The notes under the pieces are model-generated. The model saw only the letters and a program-made list of their open reading frames with translations, made no database searches and was not told where the DNA came from. From contig CATNEN010000003.1 in NCBI GenBank assembly GCA_950097015.1, positions 8,122,001 to 8,186,000 of the forward strand: 64,000 nucleotides of DNA, read 5' to 3'. This DNA is from Macrostomum hystrix (taxonomy: Eukaryota; Animalia; Platyhelminthes). The position numbers and the translations under genes were made by a program. Below, in pieces: positions 26,027 to 37,441 of this stretch; positions within the stretch are counted from its first letter, which is position 1; each line of letters opens with the position of its first letter.

Positions 26027-26698
26027 ATGTCCAACTCGGCATTATCTAAAACAGACTATCGCACAGTACTGCTGCAGTCACAGACTAGGCGCAATCAGTA
26101 CGGTAGTTGTCAGGCGTCAACCGTGAACGACTCTACAGTACAGACGGCCGCAATTAGCAAAATGCTTGCCGATTTCGACGATGCGATTGTTCCAGCACCA
26201 GCTCCTTCAGCTCCTTATGAGCAGACCTGTCAAAAGCCACCGTCATTGCAGCCCTCTGCGCCACAGTCGCCGCAGCCGCAGCAGCAAAAGAAGGTTACAT
26301 TGCTGAGCCTTGTAGCGGCTCGTAGAAATCAACATTCAACAGCTGAAGGAAGCGAAGCAATGAAACTTGAAGACATTGTTCGCAAAGGCATCGACATTGC
26401 GCGTGAGTTCAACGCGAGCGAATTCACAGGCCGGCCGAATGTCATCAAGCTGACTGTGTCTGACGCTCGACGACAGTCGATGATCGAGATTGACACTTCC
26501 GGATATAATTCATTGACGTCGACGTCGATACGTTCGCCCGGCGAAGTAGTAATAGAGATGCCGCCATTTCATCTGCTGGATGGTCAACAAGAACCGAGTA
26601 GTTCATCTGGTCTGGACGAAGCAGCAAGTCGGTGGAGACTTCGAAGGCAAAGAAATCACTCCGACTCGAGCAAAACCCCTCTTATCTCAGATGTATGA
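26027..26698 (+). CDS. Hypothetical intronless 223-aa protein, low-complexity Ser/Pro/Gln-rich
   Basis: ATG-to-TGA ORF, GC-richer than its flanks, with an acceptor-like TTTTAG just before the ATG. No recognised domain. Confidence 0.55.
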   Translation: MSNSALSKTDYRTVLLQSQTRRNQYGSCQASTVNDSTVQTAAISKMLADFDDAIVPAPAPSAPYEQTCQKPPSLQPSAPQSPQPQQQKKVTLLSLVAARRNQHSTAEGSEAMKLEDIVRKGIDIAREFNASEFTGRPNVIKLTVSDARRQSMIEIDTSGYNSLTSTSIRSPGEVVIEMPPFHLLDGQQEPSSSSGLDEAASRWRLRRQRNHSDSSKTPLISDV

Positions 26699-27039
26699 AT
26701 TCTGTTTCATTACTTTTTTGCGTTCTACTCGTATTTAAGAATAGCCGCATTCGATTTAACGATATCAAAATTACTTAGAGGCTGTCTATGGTAAAAAAAG
26801 TCGAAATTGTGCTTAATTTAGTAACCATTGTGTAGACTAATCGATTCTAACCAGAGAAATATATGATTTTAATGCTCTTCTTCCTACCACGTGACATACG
26901 CTCTCCTGTCTCCTGCCACCTCGAAATTCGGTTCCAAGCTGTTTTCGGATTCGCTCCAACCGTTTCAACAGTCGTTCCAACAGAAGAACTCTCTCAATCG
27001 CTGTGGCAATTAACTCATGCATGAAATACTTTGATAAGC

Positions 27040-27375
27040 CATGGTCTATGGTTCCTAATAGGGTAGTCTATGGTTCCTTATAAAGGGGTCCATGGTTCCT
27101 AATAGAGTAGTCTTTGGTTCCTTATAAAGTGGTCTATGGTTCCTAATAGAGTGGTCTATGGTTCCTAATAGAGTGGTCTATGGTTCCTAATAGTGTCTAT
27201 GGTTCCTTATAAAGTGGTCCTGGTTCCTAATAGAGTAGTTTATGGCTCCTAATAGAGTCGTCTATACTTCCTGATATAGTTCTATGGTACCTAATAGAGT
27301 GGTCGATGGTTTCTAATATAGTAGTCTATATTTTATAATAAGTTCAATGGTTTCTAACAGAATGGTCTATGGCTC
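27040..27375. repeat. Degenerate ~22-bp minisatellite (ATGGTTCCTAATAGAGTGGTCT)
   Basis: Repeated TCTATGGTTCCT(A/T)ATA motif. Confidence 0.85.
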
Positions 27376-28812
27376 CCAAATTGAACCCTGGTTTTCTTAA
27401 ATTGAACGGATTTCCGACACTTTTTACCATAGAAAAGTGCCACTGACTTTCAGTATTTTGATGTTCTTAAACTGCAGGACGCTTTTCTTAACTACTTAAC
27501 TCTTTAGAATGCAAAATGCCATAGTTATGTTTCATGCTATTTGAATTCACATATCGAATCTTTGCATGTGTATGGTATGGTGGCACGGTGCCTTGAAGAA
27601 GCACATATCCGTCTTCACTCTTTCAAATTAACTATTGATATATTTTATAAGATTGTTGCTTTCACAAAATGCACTTTTAAAAGCTTTATTGAAATCGATA
27701 ATAATGTCAATATAACTTTCCGAAAAAATATTTCGACGTACTGAAAGTTAGACCTAGTAGCCTATCTGGCCTAGATGCTATAGCCAGTGCAGTTATATTC
27801 TGCGCTTCTAGGCAGCAGGAGTGTACAGCTGTGTCCATGGACTGGGTTGGCCACCGAAGGTCCGAAGGTCTCATAACCACAGAGTATACAAGCTCCTCAT
27901 CTGATTTGTGACCTTCTATAATGAGGCTATCTGAATCTCGCCACCGCTGTATTGTGAAAGCCATTGTACCTGTATTTTCTGTCTATTTCATTTACCGCTT
28001 TATATATATAACACTCTAACTAAACACTTATTGTTGATTGCGCTCCGTGTTTACCTTGTGTTTATAAACCTATTATCAAAGGTTGAAAGGTGCAGGTGAT
28101 CAGTAAATGCGTAGGTAGCTACAGGTCAATTGCGTTTTATTTGTAATACGCATGTAAGAGGATCAATAAAAACTTACTTAAAATGTAGATATGTTCTGGT
28201 ACTTGACTTTCACCGGCACAATCTTGTTTTGCATCACAAAATTAGAATGATACAGTTGCATAATAAATATTTATCAATAAAAAAATAGTTTTTTTCGATC
28301 GATCGATTGACTATTTGGTCGGTGTATAGTTGTTTTAATAATTTAAACAAACACATCAAACAAGGATAATTACTTTTACCCATACCTGTTGGGTGTAGAA
28401 AAAATTAAATCGAATATAAAAATAAGATTCGATATTTAAGCAAATTTTTACAATCGATATTGTAAAATTGTAAAATTGGCATTTTTTATGAGCAAAAATT
28501 ATCTGAAATTTTAATTGTCGCTTAGAAGAGCTATAGCATTGTAGTCCGGTTTGCAGTTTTGCCTACTTCTTCATGAATCAATAAACGCCAAAACTGTTCT
28601 AACATTAATGAATTATTCATGGCTGAAATGCAATGTAAAATGTGCGGGTAAGAGTTTGACGCAACAGAAAAACTATGAAATCAACGGAGCAATAATTTTT
28701 AAGCATGATAGGAGGCACTGTCAGAAAGAAATTATATTAACTTTTTTAGACTAAAATATATATTTAATCTATAGCAAGCTTTCAATTCAATTCTGTTCTT
28801 GTTGGAGCCAGA

Positions 28813-29718
28813 ATGCTTCTCAGGCGAATTCTGCATGTTCTATTGCTGCTGCTGCATCATGCAGCTAAATTAACCGAGGCCGTCTCAGATTTCAGTTGCC
28901 TGACTAGCGCAATCAAGTACAGGAGGTATTTTTTCAAGCCTACGTGTTCCAGGTCGACTTCCTTGATTCTGTCTGACGAAAGAAGCTGCACATTTGCCGC
29001 CGCAATGTCACCCGTATCCTCTGCCGCTATAATTACGTCATCAGATGTCACCACGTGTCACGTGACATCAGCTCTGTGCCCCAAATATCAACTGTGCGGA
29101 TCTGGCTGCGATTCCATCGCGCTCATGCCCGTCGGTCTGACAGCTCTGGAGCATGTCGTCATGGTGGTTAGGAGAGGCAGCGGCCGTAGTGCATTGGACG
29201 TTCTGAATGAGGTGGTCCCTTACTTTGACTACGTTCTGCAGCCGAACCACCCGGACGCAGCTATTCTGCCGAACACCTTCAGGTCCAGCCTTTTGAGCAA
29301 CATGCAAGCCCTGGTCTCCGGTCTGATCTACAAGCAGTTCATTGTCCAGTTGTACAAGAACAACGCCGTTGTTGTGCGACTCGTGTTCGATGTCGGTTAC
29401 AATTCTGTCTATTTGAACAGCATGAACTGGTTTGTCACGGAGAGACTTGTGGAAAGCTTTCCAGTGACCGATTTGAAATCACGCAGCTTCAATATTTTCA
29501 GCATCCAGGGCGAGAGCGATAGGCATTTTTTAATCAGCTATTATTATGACGGCTGTTCTGGTGACAGCGGCTTCATGGCTGTGCTAGATATGTCCGACCG
29601 TTGCGAAAGTTGGCAGTTCAGCGAACCGATCCCAAAGATCGTATATAATCCACAGCCTAATACACCATGGGCTAGTAACAGTTTATCTGCCGACTACCTA
29701 GTCATTCTAGCACGTTAA
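28813..29718 (+). CDS. Intronless secreted protein, 301 aa; Cys-rich N-terminal module plus uncharacterised C-terminal extracellular domain
   Basis: Signal-peptide-like MLLRRILHVLLLLLHHAAKLTEA; C-terminal pattern NWF...RLVES.P.TDL....FNIFSI.G...RHF.I..YY.GC..D.G. Confidence 0.75.
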   Translation: MLLRRILHVLLLLLHHAAKLTEAVSDFSCLTSAIKYRRYFFKPTCSRSTSLILSDERSCTFAAAMSPVSSAAIITSSDVTTCHVTSALCPKYQLCGSGCDSIALMPVGLTALEHVVMVVRRGSGRSALDVLNEVVPYFDYVLQPNHPDAAILPNTFRSSLLSNMQALVSGLIYKQFIVQLYKNNAVVVRLVFDVGYNSVYLNSMNWFVTERLVESFPVTDLKSRSFNIFSIQGESDRHFLISYYYDGCSGDSGFMAVLDMSDRCESWQFSEPIPKIVYNPQPNTPWASNSLSADYLVILAR

Positions 29719-32203
29719 TGAAGGCTTCGTGATAGAATGGTTGACTAACACAATGAACTGAACAATTAGAAGAAGGCTTGTTGCTTTTTATATTCGTTTT
29801 TGCTTAGAAAAGTTTATTATATACTAATTAGAACTTTTGCTTCACTCGTGCTCAGATGAATTTTTCAGTTGCGTTTGGTTCAATAATTCAAATCTCTTTA
29901 TCTTTTTATTTACATAAATTAAACGATTAAAGGAACAAATATTTTGACAAGAGCGAACTAATTATCGTCAAATAAATTGAGCGATCCGCTAGTTATATAC
30001 ATTTTTCTATTACAAAATAGATAAAAAAGATAATATTCTACGTGCATGATAACTTGCATGACTTAAATATTTGCATGCAGGCAAGCCAATGAGTTGTATA
30101 TATAAATGCGAAAATTCATTTATTCAGATAATTACTCGAAGCATGATGACCAGATAACTTTGCTAATTTGAATTAGTAGGAGGGAAGTGAGGGAGAGAGC
30201 GAGATAGAATAGGGGGGCGATTTACTATTAGATTGATTGCAGCTGGATTCTTGCTTGAGCGGGGGCATTTTGGTTCCCTCTGGGGATCTGCTGAGATAAA
30301 TACATTTTAGCTGTATCTCTGCTGCTGGCCAAGGTAAATTCTTTGTCCACCAAGGGTGTTTGCCTTCCTGCTAACCCCGGTTGGAATAATTGTGTTTGTG
30401 CCAACCGGAGGGGCGAAACAGATAGTTATTTTGATACTGTAATACTTGTACTTATACTTATACGTAGAATATAAGCTAATATTATTCAATTCTTTTATTG
30501 ATCACGTCAACTTGTTTCCTCTCGCATTGTAAATCGACACGCAGATGATTCAAGTGTAATATTAAGCGCAGTTATAAAACAACAGATAAATACTGTCTTT
30601 TTATTGTAAATACATCTTTTTTAAGTTCACCAGAAAGCACACGAGTAGCTTTGTTTAAACAGTGAAACGTTCGAAATAAATGTGCGCGCGCTTATTTAAG
30701 TAACCGAATTTTTCGGGACGGGTCCGAACCCTGACGCAGCGCAACGTGACTACGTTGACGTATTATGACCTCGGGAGTGTGTTCTGAGGTCAAATAAATC
30801 AATAGGGCGGTGGCTTTATTAGTCGGGTAGGTACGAACAACCATAGCTAGTATATCGTAATCGTACTTCTTAAACAAATGTCAAAACTTTCTTAAGATTT
30901 ACCGATTAAGAAGGTTAAGAACTTTTCGAGGTTTAAGCACTTAAATGAGTTTTGATAATTTCAATAGTACATGGACTATTTGTTGGATTTAAAGACTTAG
31001 CAATGTGGCCTGATAACAAATAAATGTAATAAAAAACTGCCTACTTAATAATAGCCATCCACTATGGCACTTTATGTCTTTATACAAAAAATCTGTATAT
31101 ATTTTTCTCTTATTCAATCGAATCCATTGTGCAGGATAGTAATGTTATTTAAACTTTGCTTTTCACAAATTCAGTGTATTTATAACAAGCTATACAGTTT
31201 TACTGAGGGGTTGGATGTTTGAGGAGTTAAAGAATTTAAATGTTTGTCTTTAGGAGTAGCACTATATATATTTTCCTAATTGCTTAAATTGTCTCTACTG
31301 TAAAATGTTGTGTAAGAGATTCAGAAAGGTTCAAAATGTATTTGAAATATATTTAAAAGTTATTGCAGGTCTGAATTAACTGTTATAGTTTTTCTATTTC
31401 ATAATATATTATAAACAGACTACATATGTGTAATTTCAGTTTAAATATAATGTTAAAGTTGTTAAAGGGCTCTTTAAGAATTTGTTTCTCAGAATGATAT
31501 GGGTAGTGCATTTTCTGGGTAGTGTTATATTTAGTTATTCTGGTACCCTATTTAGTTAGTCTAGTAGCATATTTTGTTTTTTTCTGGCCAATTTGCATTA
31601 TTGCATATTAGAAAAAACAAATAATTGGATGTTTGTTTATTTTCATAGTATTCATGTTGTTCATGGACTTGTTTTGTGCCTTTCAAATAAAGAAAAAATT
31701 GGTGATAAAGTTTCTTCTACAAAACTGTGCATGTTGAAAAATAAAGGCACCTGGTTTTGGCACTAGGTGGCCAGGCCTTATTAATGGTGCAATTTAGCCA
31801 GAAAAACCCCAGCTTAGGAAATACCTTAGTAAGAGACTACTAAACATCTATGGGTAAACATTGGGAGCTGTTGGGAAAACATGGGTAATGGGTGAACAAC
31901 TGATATAGTGACAGATATGGTATGGGAACTTTTGTTTTCCATATCTAGTTTCTATATCTTGAGTTCTCAAATTGAGTTTGTTTGCACTGATGTGAGTAAA
32001 ACGAACAGTGCAGAGACAACAGCTAGACAACAGCAAAAAAACAAAAGTTCTATTTGGAGATCTCCAACAATGGGAGATATGGATACAGATAGGGGAAAAT
32101 GTCAGTTAATTAGTATAAATGTCAGGTTGTTATTCTAGTATTTTGTGTTAGTTAGGGGCCTAGTCAGACAAATCAGTGGTCTTTATTTACTCTTCAGACA
32201 GTC

Positions 32204-35200
32204 ATGCATCTGTCCAGCGGCACCAGTGTCAATGACCAATGGCGCAGCTGCACCGATCTGCGCCTCCTAGCCAGTTTGCCAAGTCTGCGAATTCGTCGAC
32301 ACGGTCTTTACAATAGCACAGTCAGTTTGACATTGCCGGGACCGCACCTCATCAGATTAGAGGATGGCACCGAGAAGCCTGGATTGGGCCTGCTAGCTTT
32401 AAGACCCGGCCGCACTGTTATTAGTTCTCCTAGAGGCCGGACTTTATTCGCTCTTGTCTACGATATACAACTGAACTGTGTCACTGCCGAACCACTCAAA
32501 AAACTGGTCGTTGGAGACGGCGAAACTTCCGCTAATACTATGACAACGGCTACTACTACGACAACGGCTACTACTACGACAACGGCTACTTCTACGTCGA
32601 TTGAGGATATTTGTATTCACGATTGTTTTAACGCTACCTCAGCTATAGAGCTGCACGTAAATGGGATTGAAGTGAATTCGACTGGCTGCGAGTTATTGCC
32701 TGGTTCGGCTATTGTTAGCGGCAGGTTCGCGGATATTTTATGAGTGTAGCATTCATTAACTTGAGTCTTATTCGCTGGGAGGGGGTAGGTTGTGGTTAAT
32801 GACGCATCATTTTGCGATAGTCAAACCACAGCCTGCCAGCGAGGAAGCAGTTCTGCGGCTGACCTTCTTTGCGGCTGATTTTGATTAAATTGCTTGACAA
32901 GCTCTCCAAGCCTTCTCTGCGGCTGCGCCTGAACAGTAGAAAGACTATGCTATTTTTCCCCCTCAGGATAGACCACGGTTCAAATGCCCACTGTCTACTT
33001 CACGATAGCTCCCAAACCTAATGACCGATTTTCGTGAAAGTCTACCATTTGGATCCAAATTTTCCGCACTTTAAAATGAAATAACTAAACTAACGGCTTA
33101 ATAAAAAATAGTCAACATAATAGCCTAAACTATAACATTATAAAGTTCTGTCAGCAGAAAATTTTTGCCTATATTTTTGTGTTTCTTGCCACCAGACACC
33201 CAAACGGAAATCGTTGAATATTTCGACGATGCCGATTGTTTTGTCGGCCTACCAGCCTACCATTCACGTTTAAATTAATCCAATAGTCTGCCTAAACCTT
33301 ACCTGTACAGGTGTCTATTTTTATTCTGTTGGCCGAAGCACGTCAGCCTGGATAGCATCGATCCGGGTTCGTCAACAGCTTCAAAATCCTTGTCGGCAAG
33401 ATTTTTGGCCAACCACACGGAAGTGGCCGCCCTGAGAAGGGATAACTCAGGTTTAAGGGCTCGAGCTCGCAACCTGCTGGACGCTGCTGGTCGCGCAGAT
33501 CATTTAGCTGGTCGCGTCTCGGCCGCTTTAGGTCGACTGGAGAATGTGCTGATTCAGCAGCAGCAGCAGCAAAATGAGCAGCAGTATCAGCATCAACAGC
33601 AGCATGAGCAGCAGAAGCAGCAGCAGCAGCCAACACCACCAGTTCCTAACCTTCAAAAGGCTATTACTATACGCTCTGAGGTTAGTAATACAAGAACTGA
33701 ACGTTCTTTAAAATATTTATTGCATGGGGAATGGGACTATTGATGGATAGGATAAGGTGGTGGACGATCTATGGATTGCATGTGGATGGGCTATGGATTG
33801 AACTATCTATGTATTGACTGGGGCCGTGGACTATTGATGGATTTACTGTGGCAGTGGACTATTGATGGATTGACTGGGGCAGTGGACTATTGATGGATTG
33901 ACTGTGGCGGTGGACTATTGATGGATTGACTGGAGGTAGTGGACTATTGATGGATTGGCTGGGGCAGTGGACTATTGATGGATTGACTGGGGCAGTGGAC
34001 TATTGATGGATTGACTGGGGCAGTGGATTATTGATGGATTGACTAGGGCAGTGGACTATTGATGGATTGACTGGGGCAGTGGACTATTGATGGATTGGCT
34101 GGGGCAGTGGACTATTGATAGATTGGCTGGGGCAGAGGACTATTGATGGATTGGCTGGGGCAGTGGACTATTAATGGATTGGCTAGGGCAGTGGACTATT
34201 GATGGATTGGCTGGGGCAGTGGACTATTGATGGATTGGCTGGGGCAGAGGACTATTGATGGATTGGCTGGGGCAGTAGACTATTGATGGATTGACTGGGG
34301 CCGTGGACTATTGATGGATTTACTGTGGCAGTGGACTATTGATGGATTGACTGGGGCAGTGGACTATTGATGGATTGACTGTGGCGGTGGACTATTGATG
34401 GATTGACTGGAGGTAGTGGACTATTGATGGATTGGCTGGGGCAGTGGACTATTGATGGATTGACTGGGGCAGTGGACTATTGATGGATTGACTGGGGCAG
34501 TGGATTATTGATGGATTGACTAGGGCAGTGGACTATTGATGGATTGACTGGGGCAGTGGACTATTGATGGATTGGCTGGGGCAGTGGACTATTGATAGAT
34601 TGGCTGGGGCAGAGGACTATTGATGGATTGGCTGGGGCAGTGGACTATTAATGGATTGGCTAGGGCAGTGGACTATTGATGGATTGGCTGGGGCAGTGGA
34701 CTATTGATGGATTGGCTGGGGCAGAGGACTATTGATGGATTGGCTGGGGCAGTAGACTATTGATGGATTGACTGGGGCAGTAGACTATTGATGGATTGGC
34801 TGGGGCAGTGGACTATTGATGGATTGACTGGGGCAGTGGACTATTGATGGATTGGCTGGGGCAGTGGACTATTGATGGATTGGCTGGGGCAGTAGACTAT
34901 TGATGGATTGACTGGGGCAGTGGACTATTGATGGATTGACTGGGGCAGTAGACTATTGATGGATTGACTGGGGCAGTAGACTATTGATGGATTGACTGAA
35001 GCAGTAGACTATTGATGGATTGACTGGGGCCTTGGACTATTGATGGATTGACTGGGGCAGTGGACTATTGATGGATTGGCTGGGGCAGTGGACTATTGAT
35101 GGATTGGCTGGGGCAGTGGACTATTGATGGATTGGCTGGGGCAGTAGACTATTAATGGATTGACTGGGGCAGTAGACTATTGATGGATTGACTGGGGCAG

Positions 35201-37016
35201 TGGACTATTGATGGATTGACTGGGGCAGTGGACTATTGATGGATTGGCTGGGGCAGTGGACTATTGATGGATTGGCTGGGGCAGTAGACTATTGATGGAT
35301 TGACTGGGGCAGTGGACTATTGATGGATTGACTGGGGCAGTAGACTATTGATGGATTGACTGGGGCAGTAGACTATTGATGGATTGACTGAAGCAGTAGA
35401 CTATTGATGGATTGACTGGGGCCTTGGACTATTGATGGATTGACTGGGGCAGTGGACTATTGATGGATTGGCTGGGGCAGTGGACTATTGATGGATTGGC
35501 TGGGGCAGTGGACTATTGATGGATTGGCTGGGGCAGTGGACTATTGATGGATTGACTGGGGCAGTGGACTATTGATGGATTGACTGGGGCAGTAGACTAT
35601 TGATGGATTGGCTGGGGCAGTGGACTATTGATGGATTGGCTGGGGCAGAGGACTATTGATGGATTGACTGGGGCAGTAGACTATTGATGGATTGACTGGG
35701 GCAGTAGACTATTGATGGATTGACTGGGGCAGTGGACTATTGATGGATTGACTGGGGCAGTGGACTATTGATGGATTGGCTGGGGCAGTGGACTATTGAT
35801 GGATTGACTGGGGCAGTGGACTATTGATGGATTGACTGGGGCAGTAGACTATTGATGGATTGACTGGGGCAGTAGACTATTGATGGATTGACTGAAGCAG
35901 TAGACTATTGATGGATTGACTGGGGCCTTGGACTATTGATGGATTGACTGGGGCAGTGGACTATTGATGGATTGGCTGGGGCAGTGGACTATTGATGGAT
36001 TGGCTGGGGCAGTGGACTATTGATGGATTGGCTGGGGCAGTGGACTATTGATGGATTGACTGGGGCAGTGGACTATTGATGGATTGACTGGGGCAGTGGA
36101 CTATTGATGGATTGACTGGGGCAGTAGACTATTGATGGATTGGCTGGGGCAGTGGACTATTGATGGATTGGCTGGGGCAGTGGACTATTGATGGATTGGC
36201 TGAGGTTTTAATAATACATGTAGACTTATGGAACACAATGCTTGTTTATGCTTATTAAACTGGCCGAAAATATTCAGTGCGACGGACAAGTTCAACAAAG
36301 GAGCCGGGCTGGTTCGAGCCCACCGAGGGTGCAAATGTTGTCACCGATCGCGTCATCTGAGATTATTTCATCTTCTAACTCTACGAGGGCCTCTAAGAAG
36401 GACCGAGCATTGCCTGAAAATAAACGAAATAATGGGAGCGTTCAGGTCAGTTGGGTTTCTATTGTTGATATTTGACGGGTAAAGATTAACGGACTGATTA
36501 AGATTAAAACTTATTGACATATTCGGTTATTTTTGGTACGCAATTTAAGTGACTAATTCAGTAGTTTAATCAGAATGAGTAAAGATAACGATAAACTGAA
36601 TGAGTTAAAAAGCAAAATGTTTGTTGCGTTGAGTAAAAGTAAGTCTAAATTACAGCTCCCAAAGTTGGTGCATTTGTACTTTTATTTATCAGGGTCGAGT
36701 CGCTGATTGCAGCTTGGTGCTGTCTGCTCCTCCGGAAATTCTTCATTCTAAACTAGTCGTCAATGCGTCATTTGAACATTTTTCTGGCCAACCAAGCCTT
36801 AGCAACGGCCTTCGAAGATGCATCGGAGATAATTTAAATTGCAGGCACCAATTCCTAGTAGGGACCGCTGCCGACGTTGGCGAGAAGCTAGTTGACGCCC
36901 TGAGCGTCATTAACAACGGCGACTGCAGTCGGATTTGGCTATTCGACAAGATTTGCGAGGCTGTTGCCGAAGTTGGTTGGGCGCTAGCTGTGGCTGAAAA
37001 ATTTGAGGAAGAATAG
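32204..37016 (+). CDS. FHA-like (kinesin-3/KIF16-type) and coiled-coil protein; exons 32204-32724, 33311-33680, 36278-36445, 36693-37016
   Basis: All junctions are GT-AG and in phase. PHLIRL...LRPGRTVI and VNG.EV....ELLPGSAIVSGRCLFLF resemble the kinesin-3 FHA domain; a Gln-rich coiled coil follows. Confidence 0.65.
32980..33245 (+). mobile_element. Partial second copy of the 12932-13399 MITE family
   Basis: Shares CTACTTCACGATAGCTCCCAAACC.AATGACCGATTTTCGTGAA and GAAATCGTTGAATAT.TCGACGATGCCGAT. Confidence 0.75.
33735..36202. repeat. 28-bp minisatellite (GTGGACTATTGATGGATTGACTGGGGCA), ~87 units, intronic
   Basis: Tandem periodicity; fills intron 33681-36277. Confidence 0.97.
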
Positions 37017-37441
37017 TCATTTTTTACTATAGTGACCCCAGTCTGCATTTTTGTGTTGCTAAGAAAACCTTGCTTTAATAAATATTTTGCTTTTTCTGCC
37101 AATATTTATGGCAGCTTTGAATTAGATTTTTTAATTTAAGAGGCTTTCTGAATTTTCTTCATTTTAATAATCTTCACTTGCTATTTAACCCATAAACTAT
37201 GTTGTCTATGGTACAAATGCGAAGTTTTGGTAGATTATAACAAAATATATTTATTTCTTTACAGCTATTTAATTTGATTAGAAGTCCAAGACAAGCTCCA
37301 GGTTTAAAAGTCCAACTTCCATCCAGATTAAATTGCCTCAGAATACGCTCAGTCTCGTTTTGCCATAGACTAAAGTAGATTTATAGTCGCCCGTCATAGT
37401 CAGTTACGAGTATGAATATATATTTCAATCTGTCTCCACAG

